From assembly GCF_009914755.1 (NCBI RefSeq), contig NC_060928.1: a stretch of DNA of 64,000 nt; one strand, given 5' to 3'. The DNA is from the human T2T-CHM13v2.0 reference genome, Homo sapiens. The position numbers were made by a program, and so were the translations under genes. Shown here piece by piece: positions 27,270-39,574 of the stretch. Numbering within the stretch: the stretch's first letter is position 1; each line of letters opens with the position of its first letter. A model generated the notes under the pieces. It was not told the DNA's origin. It made no database searches and worked only from the letters and a program-made list of their open reading frames with translations.

Positions 27270-27660
27270 TTTTAGGCACCTAGTATTGAGCACCTATTAT
27301 CTATCTGGCACTGCTTACACTGATAATTTAAAATTAAAAGATTCATTTGGTATTCTCTGTTAAAGCAGAAAAACAAAAAGATGAACATAGTATTGGAGGA
27401 TAAGTGTTATAACAGACAAAAGCCTGGAAGGTTATGGAAACACAGAAAGAGAATATCCAAACTGGAATAACTGACATGGGCAGAAGGATGATAAAGAAGG
27501 ATGCCTGGAGAATGTGATGGGTGAGCTGAGTTTTAACAGATGAGCAGGAATTAGCTAAATTAGAAAGAGGAGAGAGGTCATTCTAAGGAACTTGTATAGA
27601 GGCAAAGTGATATGAGAGAATATGTTGGATTTAGGAAAATATGAATGGTTCAACAAGGCC
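27270..27660 (-). mobile_element. L2 fragment
   Basis: TATTGAGCACCTATTATCTATCTGGCACTG and GAGCTGAGTTTTAACAGATGAGCAGGAATTAGC. Confidence 0.55.
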
Positions 27661-27894
27661 AGCTACTTGCATTTTAAATGACTGATGCTTAGGTTTGTTA
27701 AGTTTAATATTTTACATGTAACATTTTATCTGTCCAATTGTGGAGTTAAAACTGCATATACTTGTATTGACCCATTTTCAATAAGAAAGAGAATTGATAG
27801 CACATACATGATTTATCAGACCAATTAAATTCCATTGTAAACAGGAAGAAGAATGTTTTTAAAACTTACTTTTGCGTTTGCCTAGTAATCATAA

Positions 27895-28334
<440 letters not shown>

Positions 28335-31300
28335 ACTTCTTTCTGATATTATCTTGTTCTGTGACTCTGAATTTAACGGATGTTCATCAAGAATGAAAAG
28401 GCAACTTCATTGTGTTAAAGTCTGAATGATTTTAGGTGCAAAAACTGTAGACTACAGCCTATCTTATCATATGCATTCCAGGATTAGGTAAAACACACCC
28501 AGAAAATAATAAGTCTTATTCTATTTAAACATCATTCAGCTGGAATAATTCTTGCCTGATTTTAAAATCTGAGCACCCAAATACTCACTAAAATTTTAGT
28601 GAGTTTACCCAGATAAATAACTCTCTTTATAAATACCTGCTTTTTGAGATCATTTTCTTCAGGACTTTATTTTTTATTAAACTCAAAATTACGAGAGAAT
28701 AATCATTCCACAACATGAAATAAGAACTATGCACAATTTATTAGGAATGATAATAAGTCTGGCTAGATTTTCAAAACTACAAATGATATCCAGAGTGATT
28801 CTGGTATTAACTTCCAGGCCATTCACATTAGATAACCGGTATCTCAAAACTAGTCTTGTCTGAATGTTCATATTCTGAGTCTATAATCTATATATGTGTG
28901 TGTTCCATACCAATTTGCATTAAATGGTGCCTAATTTCAGTCTCTCTATCAGAAAGGCTCAAACTTCAGATTTCACCAACAGTCTTTATATGGTCCTATA
29001 GTTTTAGGCTGATATCCATCCGATACTGAAATTTAAGGTGTACTTTCTTTCAATATGCTCTGCAAAATGCCAACCATGGTTGCCTATTTCCTGGGGATGA
29101 CATTCCTTGTGAATTCTCCGATCTGTACTTTGGTGTTGTATATGTGTTCACATAAGCACCTAAATTTTTGGCAGAGAGAAGGCACCAGATTGGCAATAAA
29201 TCACCTGAAAATAGCTTTTCAGTATGAAAAATGTTGGACTCTATGATGCTTCTTATGTAACATTATCAAAGATACCCATTTCACTACCATTTCATCTTAG
29301 TCCAAACCCTACCATGTAATAGTTCAAGATTTTAATGTTTAGATTTTTGTGCCCTATAAACAGAATTCACTACACATGTATAGGCTCTGAATTTACTAAT
29401 TGAAGATAAAGTAAATACCATATCTTACAAGAAAATTATACAAACCAATACTAATTTATAATTTGCAGTGTAGCTCAATGAATCTAATACATGATTTTGT
29501 ATACTTGGGCAACTTTGAGAACAGTGAATGTGCGTGAAATGTTCATTGAAGACTTTGATTTTTAAAAATTCCATTAGTAAAACCTATGAACCATATTGTC
29601 CTTGCCTCAATCAACATTTTGACTGTCAAACTCTCTTTCCTATCTGATCACATGCATTTCTATAAGTTTACAGACAGAGAAAGGAAGGTGTTTTCTTTGT
29701 TTTAATAAAAAGAAAGGAAGAGATACTTTTCAACACTTCAAATCCCATCAGCCTGGTCAAAGATAATTTGCATCGTTTACTTTTATTGCCCTCATCAATA
29801 GATACAATTGTATTTCTGTTTAGCCCCTTTATTTTTTGAATTCACTTTTACCTTTCTGATCTTATCTTTACTTATTTCATTCAGGATTTTAAGAATTACT
29901 TTACCTCTCTATCCTTATAAAACTTCTAAGGACTTCTAACTGGCAATTGTGTAATATCAAAGCCAATTGTCTCTAGTTAGACAATTTTAAATATGTACAA
30001 TGATAGCTGTTATCCATAACAAAATTTTAAGATTAATAACATTAAGGTCTGTTAAAATGCAAATGTAACAATAATTTAGTTATATGCTGTATTTTTTCTA
30101 TGATTCTGTTTTTTGGGGGATACATATTCTATATAGCTTAAATTCCTTACTTATGAGCATAAACCAGAGTAAAGTAAGGGAGTGGATATAAATCAAGATA
30201 GCTGCTCTTTTACTTCAGGGTAAAAGGCTGCTTTCATGTCTCCTCAGGCAGGGAGTAACAGCTACTCCATGAAAATTGATCCACAGCCATCCTTCTACCC
30301 TGACCGTTAACACTAAGGTGCGTTCAGGGAAGGATCAGAACATGTCTATATTTTGCTTTCGAGTCACAAACTTTGCCATTTTGTATCTACAGAGGCAATC
30401 AGTACAACTGTGCAGAACTTCTGGAAGATTGGCACAAAGCATTTTAAGAATCACTTTCTAGTCTATATTAAATTCTTCAAGAATACTTATGAAGAAACAG
30501 GAAGTAACTAACTTTCTTTACCTTTTCAAGAATTGGCTCGTGAGAAAAGGTAATATATGAAACTTGTAGTGTTTTAAAAATCTTTGTACTCTAGCCAAAA
30601 AAACTTAATAGATAAACAAATAAATTCTCCTAGTAATATAATTTTTACTTTAGGGCTTCTTTAGCTCTTAAAACTTCCTTATTAACAGCAAATTTTCTTC
30701 ATTTTTTTCTTATCTTAATTTTCCATGACTAGTCTTCTTTTTTATTCCAACTCCAAGCTTGTAGAACAACTCAGCAAATGTCTTGGGGTGAATGCCTGAG
30801 CCCAAGGCCTCTTTACTCTTGTGGCCAAGTCTGTCTGACAGATTCTGGAATTACTGATTGTCAGGCTGATTTCTCTTCCCATCTCCACACTTGGTCTGTC
30901 CTGCCTTGCACAGAGGCATGCAGACACCCCAGTATACTTGTCTAGACTCTGCTCACACCTATGGTAATAGCTACTCCTCAGGCCAAGGGGTGTGGTACAT
31001 GCTGGACCCAGTCTTGAAAAAAGAGGTCCTGTAAGACCTAGAAGCAGGCTTGGGTGATTTGAGTGTGGGATTCTAGAGTTCTGTGTGTCTTGGCATCCGG
31101 TCATAAAATCAGTGGGCAGGTCCTGGGTGAGTGTATCCTCTTGGATAGATGGACTCCTGACCCATTGAATAGAGGTGAGGTCCTGGAAGGCCAGGGTAGC
31201 CCCCTCTAAGTTCAGGGCTCAAAGCTGGGTCTCAGTTTTCCAGGTTAAAAGTTATTATTGTGGAGAAGCCTTCTAGATACATGTGAGGAAATACTAGATA

Positions 31301-31450
31301 TTATATAAACAGTATTATTCCCAGCCATGAACAACACCAGCAGCCCATGTTTAATTAAAAATGTGGAATTGAAAGGTAAATATGTTTTATAATGAACCCC
31401 AAGCTAAAGAAAACAAAACTATAATAATGAATCAAAGAAGGAAGTGAGTA

Positions 31451-31757
31451 GAAGCTGGAAACCATCATTCTCAGCAAACTATCACAAGGACAAAAAACCA
31501 AACACCACATGTTCTCACTCATAGGTAGGAATTGAACAATGAGAACACTTGGACACAGGAAGGGGAACATCACACACCGGAGCCTGTTGTCGGGTCGGGG
31601 GAGGGGGAGGGATAGCATTAGGAGATATACCTAATGTAAATGACGAGTTAATGGGTGCAGCACACCAGCATGGCACATGTATACATATGTAACTAACCTG
31701 CACATTGTGCACATGTACCCTAGAACTTAAAGTATAATAATAAAAAAATTTAAAAAA
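31451..31757 (+). mobile_element. L1PA4/5-like 3' fragment (~300 bp)
   Basis: End of ORF2 plus a complete 3' UTR: GGGATAGCATTAGGAGATATACCTAATGTAAATGACGAGTTAATGGG...CCCTAGAACTTAAAGTATAAT and A-tail. Confidence 0.93.
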
Positions 31758-32127
31758 TGCTTTGAGAATTCTAGGCTAGTAATCACTTACTCCATGAATA
31801 TTTTATAGGTACCTGTTATGTCTCCAATGCTGTACTAGGTGCAAGGAACACATCGGTGAAAGGAAAGGACAACATATCTGTCCTCATGCAGTTTATGTTC
31901 TTCATTACGTAACAGTACATAGAGAGACAAACAATAAAAACATATTTAGAAAGTTATGTATATAATTGGCATAGTAACTAGAAATATTTATAAGGCAAAT
32001 AAATAAAATAAGCAGTGAAAGATGAGCATTGCAGGCAGGGATGAGTAGTGCAAAGTTTCTGTGGTGGAAAATGGCTTTTCATGGGACAATATGAGATGAG
32101 GTTGAAGAGAAGAGTATTCAGCACCTT

Positions 32128-32511
<384 letters not shown>

Positions 32512-32550
32512 TCAAAGTTTCAGATATAATGTACATTATTGAGAGATGGC

Positions 32551-32949
32551 TATATTAGTTAGCTTGGGATGCCATAACATAAAACCATAGACTGGGAGGT
32601 TTAACCAGAAACGTATTTTCTCATATTCTGAAAGCTTGGAATTCTGAGATCAGGGTGTCAACATGGTCAGATTCTGGTGAGGAGGACTCTCCCATGATGC
32701 AGACGGCCCTCTGTTCACTCTCAGTGTGTTTTTTCATGGCAGGTATGAGAGAGAGAGAGAGAGAGAGCACAAGAGCGCTTTGGTGTGTTTTCTTATAAAA
32801 ACACTAATCTCATCATGAAGGCTCCACCTTTATGACTTCATTTAATTATAATTAGCTCTCAAAGTCTCCATCTCCAACTACCACCCCATTGGGAATTAGG
32901 GCTTCAACATATGAATGGCGGGGGGGACACACACATTCAGTCCATACCA
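32551..32949 (-). mobile_element. MLT1A0-like solo LTR with internal (GA)n
   Basis: ...TTAGGGCTTCAACATATGAAT...GGACACACACATTCAGTCCATACCA terminus. Confidence 0.8.
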
Positions 32950-35571
32950 ATCACTGGTTGTTGTGTGGAGAGAGGTACAAGTGGCAGGAAGGAGACCAGA
33001 AAGAAGGTTATTGTGTTCCAAGAGTAATGACAGAAAAAATGTTATCACACAGCACAATTTACTCAAGAGTCTAAGACAACATAAAATGCTTTTGAATATT
33101 TCCATTTTATAGCTGTATTTTAAAAATCACCTTGAACATTTTGCAATTCTCAAGCATTATGTTTATGTACTATTTGTGCAGGCAAAAAGTGGATGTGGGA
33201 GGAAAAGGCCAAGAGCAGGTCAGTCTTCCTTTTCAGTCCCTGCCGGTATAACTTGTCAGGAAGCATGACAATATTAAATGGGTGGGAATAAGAGAGCAGA
33301 GTGGATTTAAATCCAGCCTCTACGTAAAGATTTTCTGGGATCCTACTATCAACCCCACCTAAAATGTTTGCTTTAGGACACAGATTTCAGCCAAATAACA
33401 GGCCAAGCTAGGGTGAAAAGAACAGGACACTAAGTCAAATGTGCAAGTTGTTGCAGGTCTCAAGGATCCTGATATTCCTTACTCTTTTGCTGCCACCCTA
33501 CCTACCCCTGCTATCTTTCTTCCCCACCTTCCTGTATTTGCTCTGAATCTGTGTTTCCCTCTTCTTGCTCAGCTCACTGATTCAACTTCACTGGACCCCA
33601 GCTATTTGCAAAGCACTATTGACTTTTCCTGAAATTCTCTCCTAGGTTCTCAGACACTTGTTTAAATTGTTAAATTGGGTATTAATTCAACTAGGGGTAA
33701 GGAGGAGGGGAAAATACCACAAGCTGCCTCATTTCAGCAGTCCCCTGATAGCTTTCCCAACTCCAAAAATCAGTTTCAACCAAGTGTGCTACTACATGTG
33801 CAAAAAAGCAATGCTACGGCAGCTATCTGAGAGTATGACAGTGAAAAAAAAATAGACTATTTCCGGTCACTGAGTAAAATAATTATTAACGTGTACACCA
33901 TAGCTGCTGTAGACAGTTATGTACTATGGGGAATGCAGCAACAAATGAACTGGTGTTGCGTTTATGCCCCTATGCCCTGACAACACGGCCTTATTAATTC
34001 CAGGAGGCCCTATTAACAGGGTGGCAAGTGGTCTGCAACCTTGTTTTCTCACCCATTAACCACAGCACCTTGACCACAAGATGGCCTTTTTTATGTATTA
34101 TTACATAATGCCAGTCTGATTTTCCCAAACATAGCTCACATAGCATAACAAGAAACTACTTGGCTTTGGCCAAACAAGGCTTGGCTGCCTGCAGCCCAAG
34201 TGACACTCCCTCCTGTCACTAGAGAGGTATGATCTAGTTGAGGAACAAAAAATGAAATAACCACTGAGCAATTCCAGATAATGTAAAAAGAATCTTTGTC
34301 TATTGAATTCAACTGTGAAAAGGACATCCCAAGCAAACTCTTATTCATACTAGCTTAAGCCTACTCTGCTACTCAAGTTTCAATAATTTGGACTGATTCA
34401 TTCCTCAAGCCAAGTCTCCATTGTTTTTCTCCTGCGGAAAGTCTATAAAGATGCTGCAAGTAAAGCCTGCAAGATAACTGTAGAGCTGAATTCCATTCTT
34501 CCCTGGGCTGCTCCTCCAAACACAGCCTTCATTAACCCTGGATAAGTAACATGGAGGCACCAGGCTTAGAGAGCAAATGTTTGAAATTAGATATGATCAC
34601 TGCCAAATAAATCTATTTGGCAACTTAACCCCTAATATAAAACCCACTAAAAGACAGATGATATAGTTATATATGTAAATAGAGATACAGATACATAGAT
34701 ATGCATTAGCTATAGTGACTACTACATGCAAAGTTCTGATGCTCTATCAGTGAATAAAAGAGGTGAGGGGAAATAGTCATTAAATGAATATACAATTTAT
34801 TATGTGATCACTATTATGATATGTGCTTTGAAGAAGAAATTAGGTGCTTTGAAAACTTATAAAGAGGTTTTGACCTAGTCTTGGGGACCGGAATTAGCTG
34901 TTAGGATTCAGTTTCAGCACTAATAATAATAATAATTAACTTCCCCTCTTTTACTTAGAAGTGGTCTGGCCTCCCTGCTAGGTAGTGACTCCTCTAGACT
35001 TTACACAGGCCACAGAAGAACTTTGTTCATTTTTGCAAGCTCCACAGTCCATCTTCTGAAAAACTACATGACACTTGGTCTCAGGAGGAAAGATAACCAG
35101 GACCAAGGTCCTCATACCTAATCTCTTTAGTTTACCTGACTCGGCAGGACCAGCGCTGCCCTCCCAGTTATCCATCAGGATGAGGACACTTATCTCTACA
35201 TGGTTCTATATATGCCCTTAAATCTGACCCAGTTCTTCCTCTCCTCCCCACCACTCTAAATTCTTGTTTTGTGGCTTCTGAAACTCATAGTCTGCTTGCA
35301 GCTAACTGTTATATCTTTGTCTTTTTTCCAGTCATTCTTGTTACCTTTGGGCTCTCACTGAAACTTGGCCCTCCCCACGGTCACAGCTGCCCCTGAAGCC
35401 TTCTCAAGTGATGGCTCTTTTCTCAACCATACTTTATGTCTTTCTGGTTCTTGCTCTTCCTTGCTAATTTCTATATGCTCCCTGATAAATACATAGTCAT
35501 GCACACACATACACACACCGAAAATACTCCCGTCTGAAGACACTACCAGTTGACAGCAACTAACATTTACA

Positions 35572-35711
35572 TAGGTTGAATATCCCTTATCTCGTCCTAG
35601 GGACCAGAAGTGTTTCCTATTTTAGATTTTTTCGGATTTTGGAATATTCGCATGTACATACCTGTTGTTCACTCTTAATCTGAAAATTCGAGCATGTCAG
35701 GGCTCAAAATG
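35572..35711. mobile_element. Tigger4/MER46-like DNA transposon fragment
   Basis: TAGGTTGAATATCCCTTATC...GGGACCAGAAGTGTTTC...GGATTTTGGAATATT matches the MER46 TIR region. Confidence 0.75.
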
Positions 35712-35967
35712 ATTACCCTGTTCCAGGCATCAATCTGACTTAATATTCACAAAACACTCTGAGTTACATATGTTCCTATCCTTATTCTACTGATGCACTT
35801 GAGGTACTGGGATATTGGGTGAAATATTCACAGTCAAACAGCTAGGAGGTATTAGAGTGGGGATTTGTACCCTGGAAGTATGGCTCCAGCGTTCATCTTC
35901 TTAAAGACTCTGTCATATTGCCTCCCATCACTTGCTGGCCTGTGATGCAGTGATGATCTCAGTTCTG

Positions 35968-37922
35968 TGTATTAGTCTGTCCTCACGCTGCTGATAAAGA
36001 CATACCCAAGACAAAAGAAAGAGGTTTAATGGACTTATAGTTCCACGTGGCTGGGAAGGCCTCACAATCATGGCAGAAGGTGAAAGGCACATCTCACATG
36101 GTGGCAGACAAGAGAAGAGAGCTTGTGCAGGGAAACCCCCCTTTTTAAAAACCATCAGATCTTGTAATACTTACTCACTACCAGGAGAACAACACAGGAA
36201 AGACCTGCCCTATGATTCAGTTACCTCCCACCAGGTCCCTCCCACAACACGTGGGAATTCAAGATGAGATCTGGGTGGGGACACAGCCAAACCATATCAT
36301 TCCACCCCTGGCCCCTCCCAAATCTCATGACCTCACATTTCAAAAACCAATCATGCCTTCCCAACAGTCCCCAAAGTCTTAACTCATGTCTGCATTAACT
36401 CAAAAGTCCACAGTCCAAAGTATCATCTGAGACAAGGCAAGTCCCTTCCACCTATGAGCCTGTAAAATTAAAAGCAAGTTAGTTACTTCCTAGATACAAT
36501 GGGAGTATAGGCATTGAGTAAATACAGCCATTCCAAATAGGAGAAATTGGCCAAAACAAAGAGGCTACAGGCCCCATGAAAGTCTGAAATCTGGCAGGAC
36601 AGTTAAATCTTTCAAAGTTCCAAAATGATCTCCTTTGACTCCATGTCTCACATCCAGTTTACACTGATGCAAGAGATGAGTTCCCATGGTCTTGGGCAGC
36701 TCCACACCTGTGGTTTGTTAGGGTACAGCCTCCCTCTTGGCTGCTTTCATGGGCTGGCATTGAGTGTCTGCAGCTTTTCCAGGCACACAATGCAACTGTC
36801 AGTGGATATACCATTCTGGGGTCTGGAGGACGATGGCCCTCTTCTCACAGCTCTACTAGGCAGTACTTCAGTAGGGACTGTGTGTAGGGGCTCCAACCCC
36901 ACATTTCCCTTTCACACTGTCCTAGCAGAGGTTCTCCCTGAGAGCCCTGCCCCGTAGCAAACTTCTGCCTGGACATCCAGGCATTTCCGTACATCCTCTG
37001 AAATCTAGGTGGAGGTTCCCAAACTCCAATTCTTGACTTCCATGCACTGGCAGGCTCAACACCACATAGAAGCTGCAAAGGCTTGAGGCATGGACCCTCT
37101 GAAGCCACAGCCTGAGCTCTGTGTTGGCTCCTTTCAGGCATGGCTGGAGTGCCTGGGACACAGGGCACCAAGTCCTTAGGCTGCACACAGCACAGGCACC
37201 ATGGGCCCAGCCCATGAAACCACTTTTTGCCTCCTAGGCCTCTAGGCCTGTGATGGAAGGGGTTACCTTGAAGACCTCTGACATGCCCTGGAGACATTTT
37301 ACCCACTGTCTTTGGGATTAACATTCAGTTCCTCATTACTTATGCAAATTTCTGCAGCCAGCTTCTCCTCAGAAAATGGGATTTTCTTTTATATTGCATT
37401 GTCAGGCTGCAAATTTTCCAAACATTTATGCTCTGCTTCCCTTATAAAACTGAAGCCTTTAACAGCACCCAAGTTACCTCTTAAATGCTTTGCTGCTTAG
37501 AAATTTCTTCTGCCAAATACCCTAAATCATCTCTCTCAAGTTGAAAGGTCCACACATCTCTAGGGCAGGGGCAAAATGCCACCAGTCTCTTTGCTAAAAC
37601 ATAATAAGAGTCATCTTTGCTCCAGTTCCCAACAAGTCCCTCATTTCCATCTGAGACCACCTCAGCCTTGATTTCATTGTCCATATCATTATCAGCATTT
37701 TGGTCAAAGCCAGTAAACAAGTTTCTAAGGAGTTCCACACTTTCCCACATTTTCCTATCTTCTTCTGAGCCCTCCAAACTGTTCCAAACTCTGCCTGTTA
37801 CCCAGATCCAAAGTTGCCTCCCCCTTTTGGGGCATCTTTTCAGCAGCACCCCACTCTACTGGTATCAACTTACCATATTAGTCTGTTTTCATGCTGCTGA
37901 TAAAGACATACCCAAGACTGGG

Positions 37923-37972
<50 letters not shown>

Positions 37973-38240
37973 ATTGGAGTTCCACATGGCTGGGGAGTCC
38001 TCACAATCATGGTGGAAGGTGAAAGGCACATCTCACATGGTGGCAGACAAGAGAACAGAGCTTGTGCAGGAGAAATTCCCCTTTTTAAAAACCATCCGAT
38101 CTTATAAGACTTATTCACTGTCACGAGAACAGCTCAGGAAAGACCTGCCCCCATGATTCAGTTACCTCCCACCAGGTCCCTCCCACAAGACGTGGAAATT
38201 CAAGATGAGATTTGGGTGGGGACACAGCCAAACCATATCA
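35968..38240 (-). mobile_element. Complete THE1A-like MaLR element: 3' LTR 35968-36299, internal 36300-37873, 5' LTR 37874-38240
   Basis: Two LTRs around ~1.57 kb of THE1-int; polypurine tract (TTCCACCCCTGGCCCCTCCC on +) abuts the left LTR; TSD TTCTG / CTCTG. Confidence 0.95.
37929..37964. repeat. (AC)18 microsatellite inside the THE1A 5' LTR
   Basis: Direct count; absent from the sister LTR. Confidence 0.95.
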
Positions 38241-38269
38241 CTCTGAGATCATTGTTTTTTTCCTCTGTT

Positions 38270-38960
38270 ACTAGTCCTGTGATCAACCTTGGTGACTTCA
38301 ATAGATGGGAAGAAAATGCAACACTTAGGCCTCATGGTTCCTTGATGCCATTCCCCATTCATGCACTCTCCTGGATGTCCTCTTCATCTTGTCATTGCCA
38401 ATAACTGTTCCATCTCCCAAATCCCACTCTCAAATATCTCAAATAACACCTTTCATCTTCCCACTTATAGACTCCAGCACCTCCACTCCCATGATTGTTC
38501 TGCATGCTTCGTTTCTTCCTCACTCACTTGCATTCCATGCCTGATTACAATCATGTCCTTGCACACTCCTTCTCTTTCCTTGCCCTTTTCTTTCTCAATC
38601 CTTCTTTCTTGACAGGATTCTAATCCAGGTTGAATTTAGCTCTTCACCTACCTCATAATTCTGTGCAGCTGAACATGAAGTAAAGATGAAGTCATGATAA
38701 TTTTAAATTTATAAAAGCAAACTTCAGCACCACCTAGTAACTACCTTTTACTAAATCAGTTCTCTTTCCTAGACTATAAGATAACTAAATTTTACTTACT
38801 CTTCTTTCTCTACAAACCTGAAACATCACATACTTAATCTTGTATAAGTGATAATTTTGCCTCATATGTCTGAGCAAATAGAAATCACAGAGACCATCCT
38901 CATCCTTCCACCCTCAAACTTCCAACCTACCTGCATTCATGCACTTGTACTATGTATCTC
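38270..38960 (+). mobile_element. L2 fragment (L2-like sequence also at ~44180-44790)
   Basis: CCTTGGTGACTTCAAT (GDFN-like) and pyrimidine-rich L2 ORF2 remnants. Confidence 0.5.
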
Positions 38961-39574
38961 TTCCCTTCAAAAGGGATGGTATTCCAAGCCCATTTCCAAA
39001 ATCATTTTTTTATTTCACAATATAATTAACTTTACTATGTAGAAATCAAGCAATATATTATAAAATGTAAACAAAAGAAAACCAAATGAACCTATATCCA
39101 ATGTTTTGAGGTTTTTTTTCTAGCTTCAGTATTGTTTTTCTCTCAGGATGTATCCCTGTAGTTTTATTTTGCTTTTCCCCAAAGTAATTGTGCACCTATC
39201 AACACAATTGTGGAAATAAGTAATAGATGTAGCATCATCACTTTCTTATTGTGTTCTCATGATGAATTCAGCATTTCTCAGCATATTGAGAGTTTAAATT
39301 ATTAATCTTATACATAATCCAAAAACACATTCATAACATACAGCATATAATATAGAGAGAACAAACTATACTCTGGTGTCCAGTGTTTGTGACAACACAA
39401 ACCAGTAGAGAAAAGCTTGAACTGTTTTGCATGTCACCAACACAAAAAGATGAAAAAACATTTAAATGTAAGAGCAACTTAAGCAAACTTTTATCTGCTT
39501 ACCTTCTAGATAGCTTGATATAAACAATATAAAATAATTTATTTCAATTTCCTGTCCAATTCTTTTTTTCTGTT

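Noticed and set aside
30860-31250. GC-richer block that may be an old LTR or DNA transposon
   Set aside because: I could not assign a family or termini with confidence.
36625-38156. Longer ORFs (110-179 aa) in THE1A-int
   Set aside because: Fragments of the degenerate MaLR internal region on both strands; no continuous frame.
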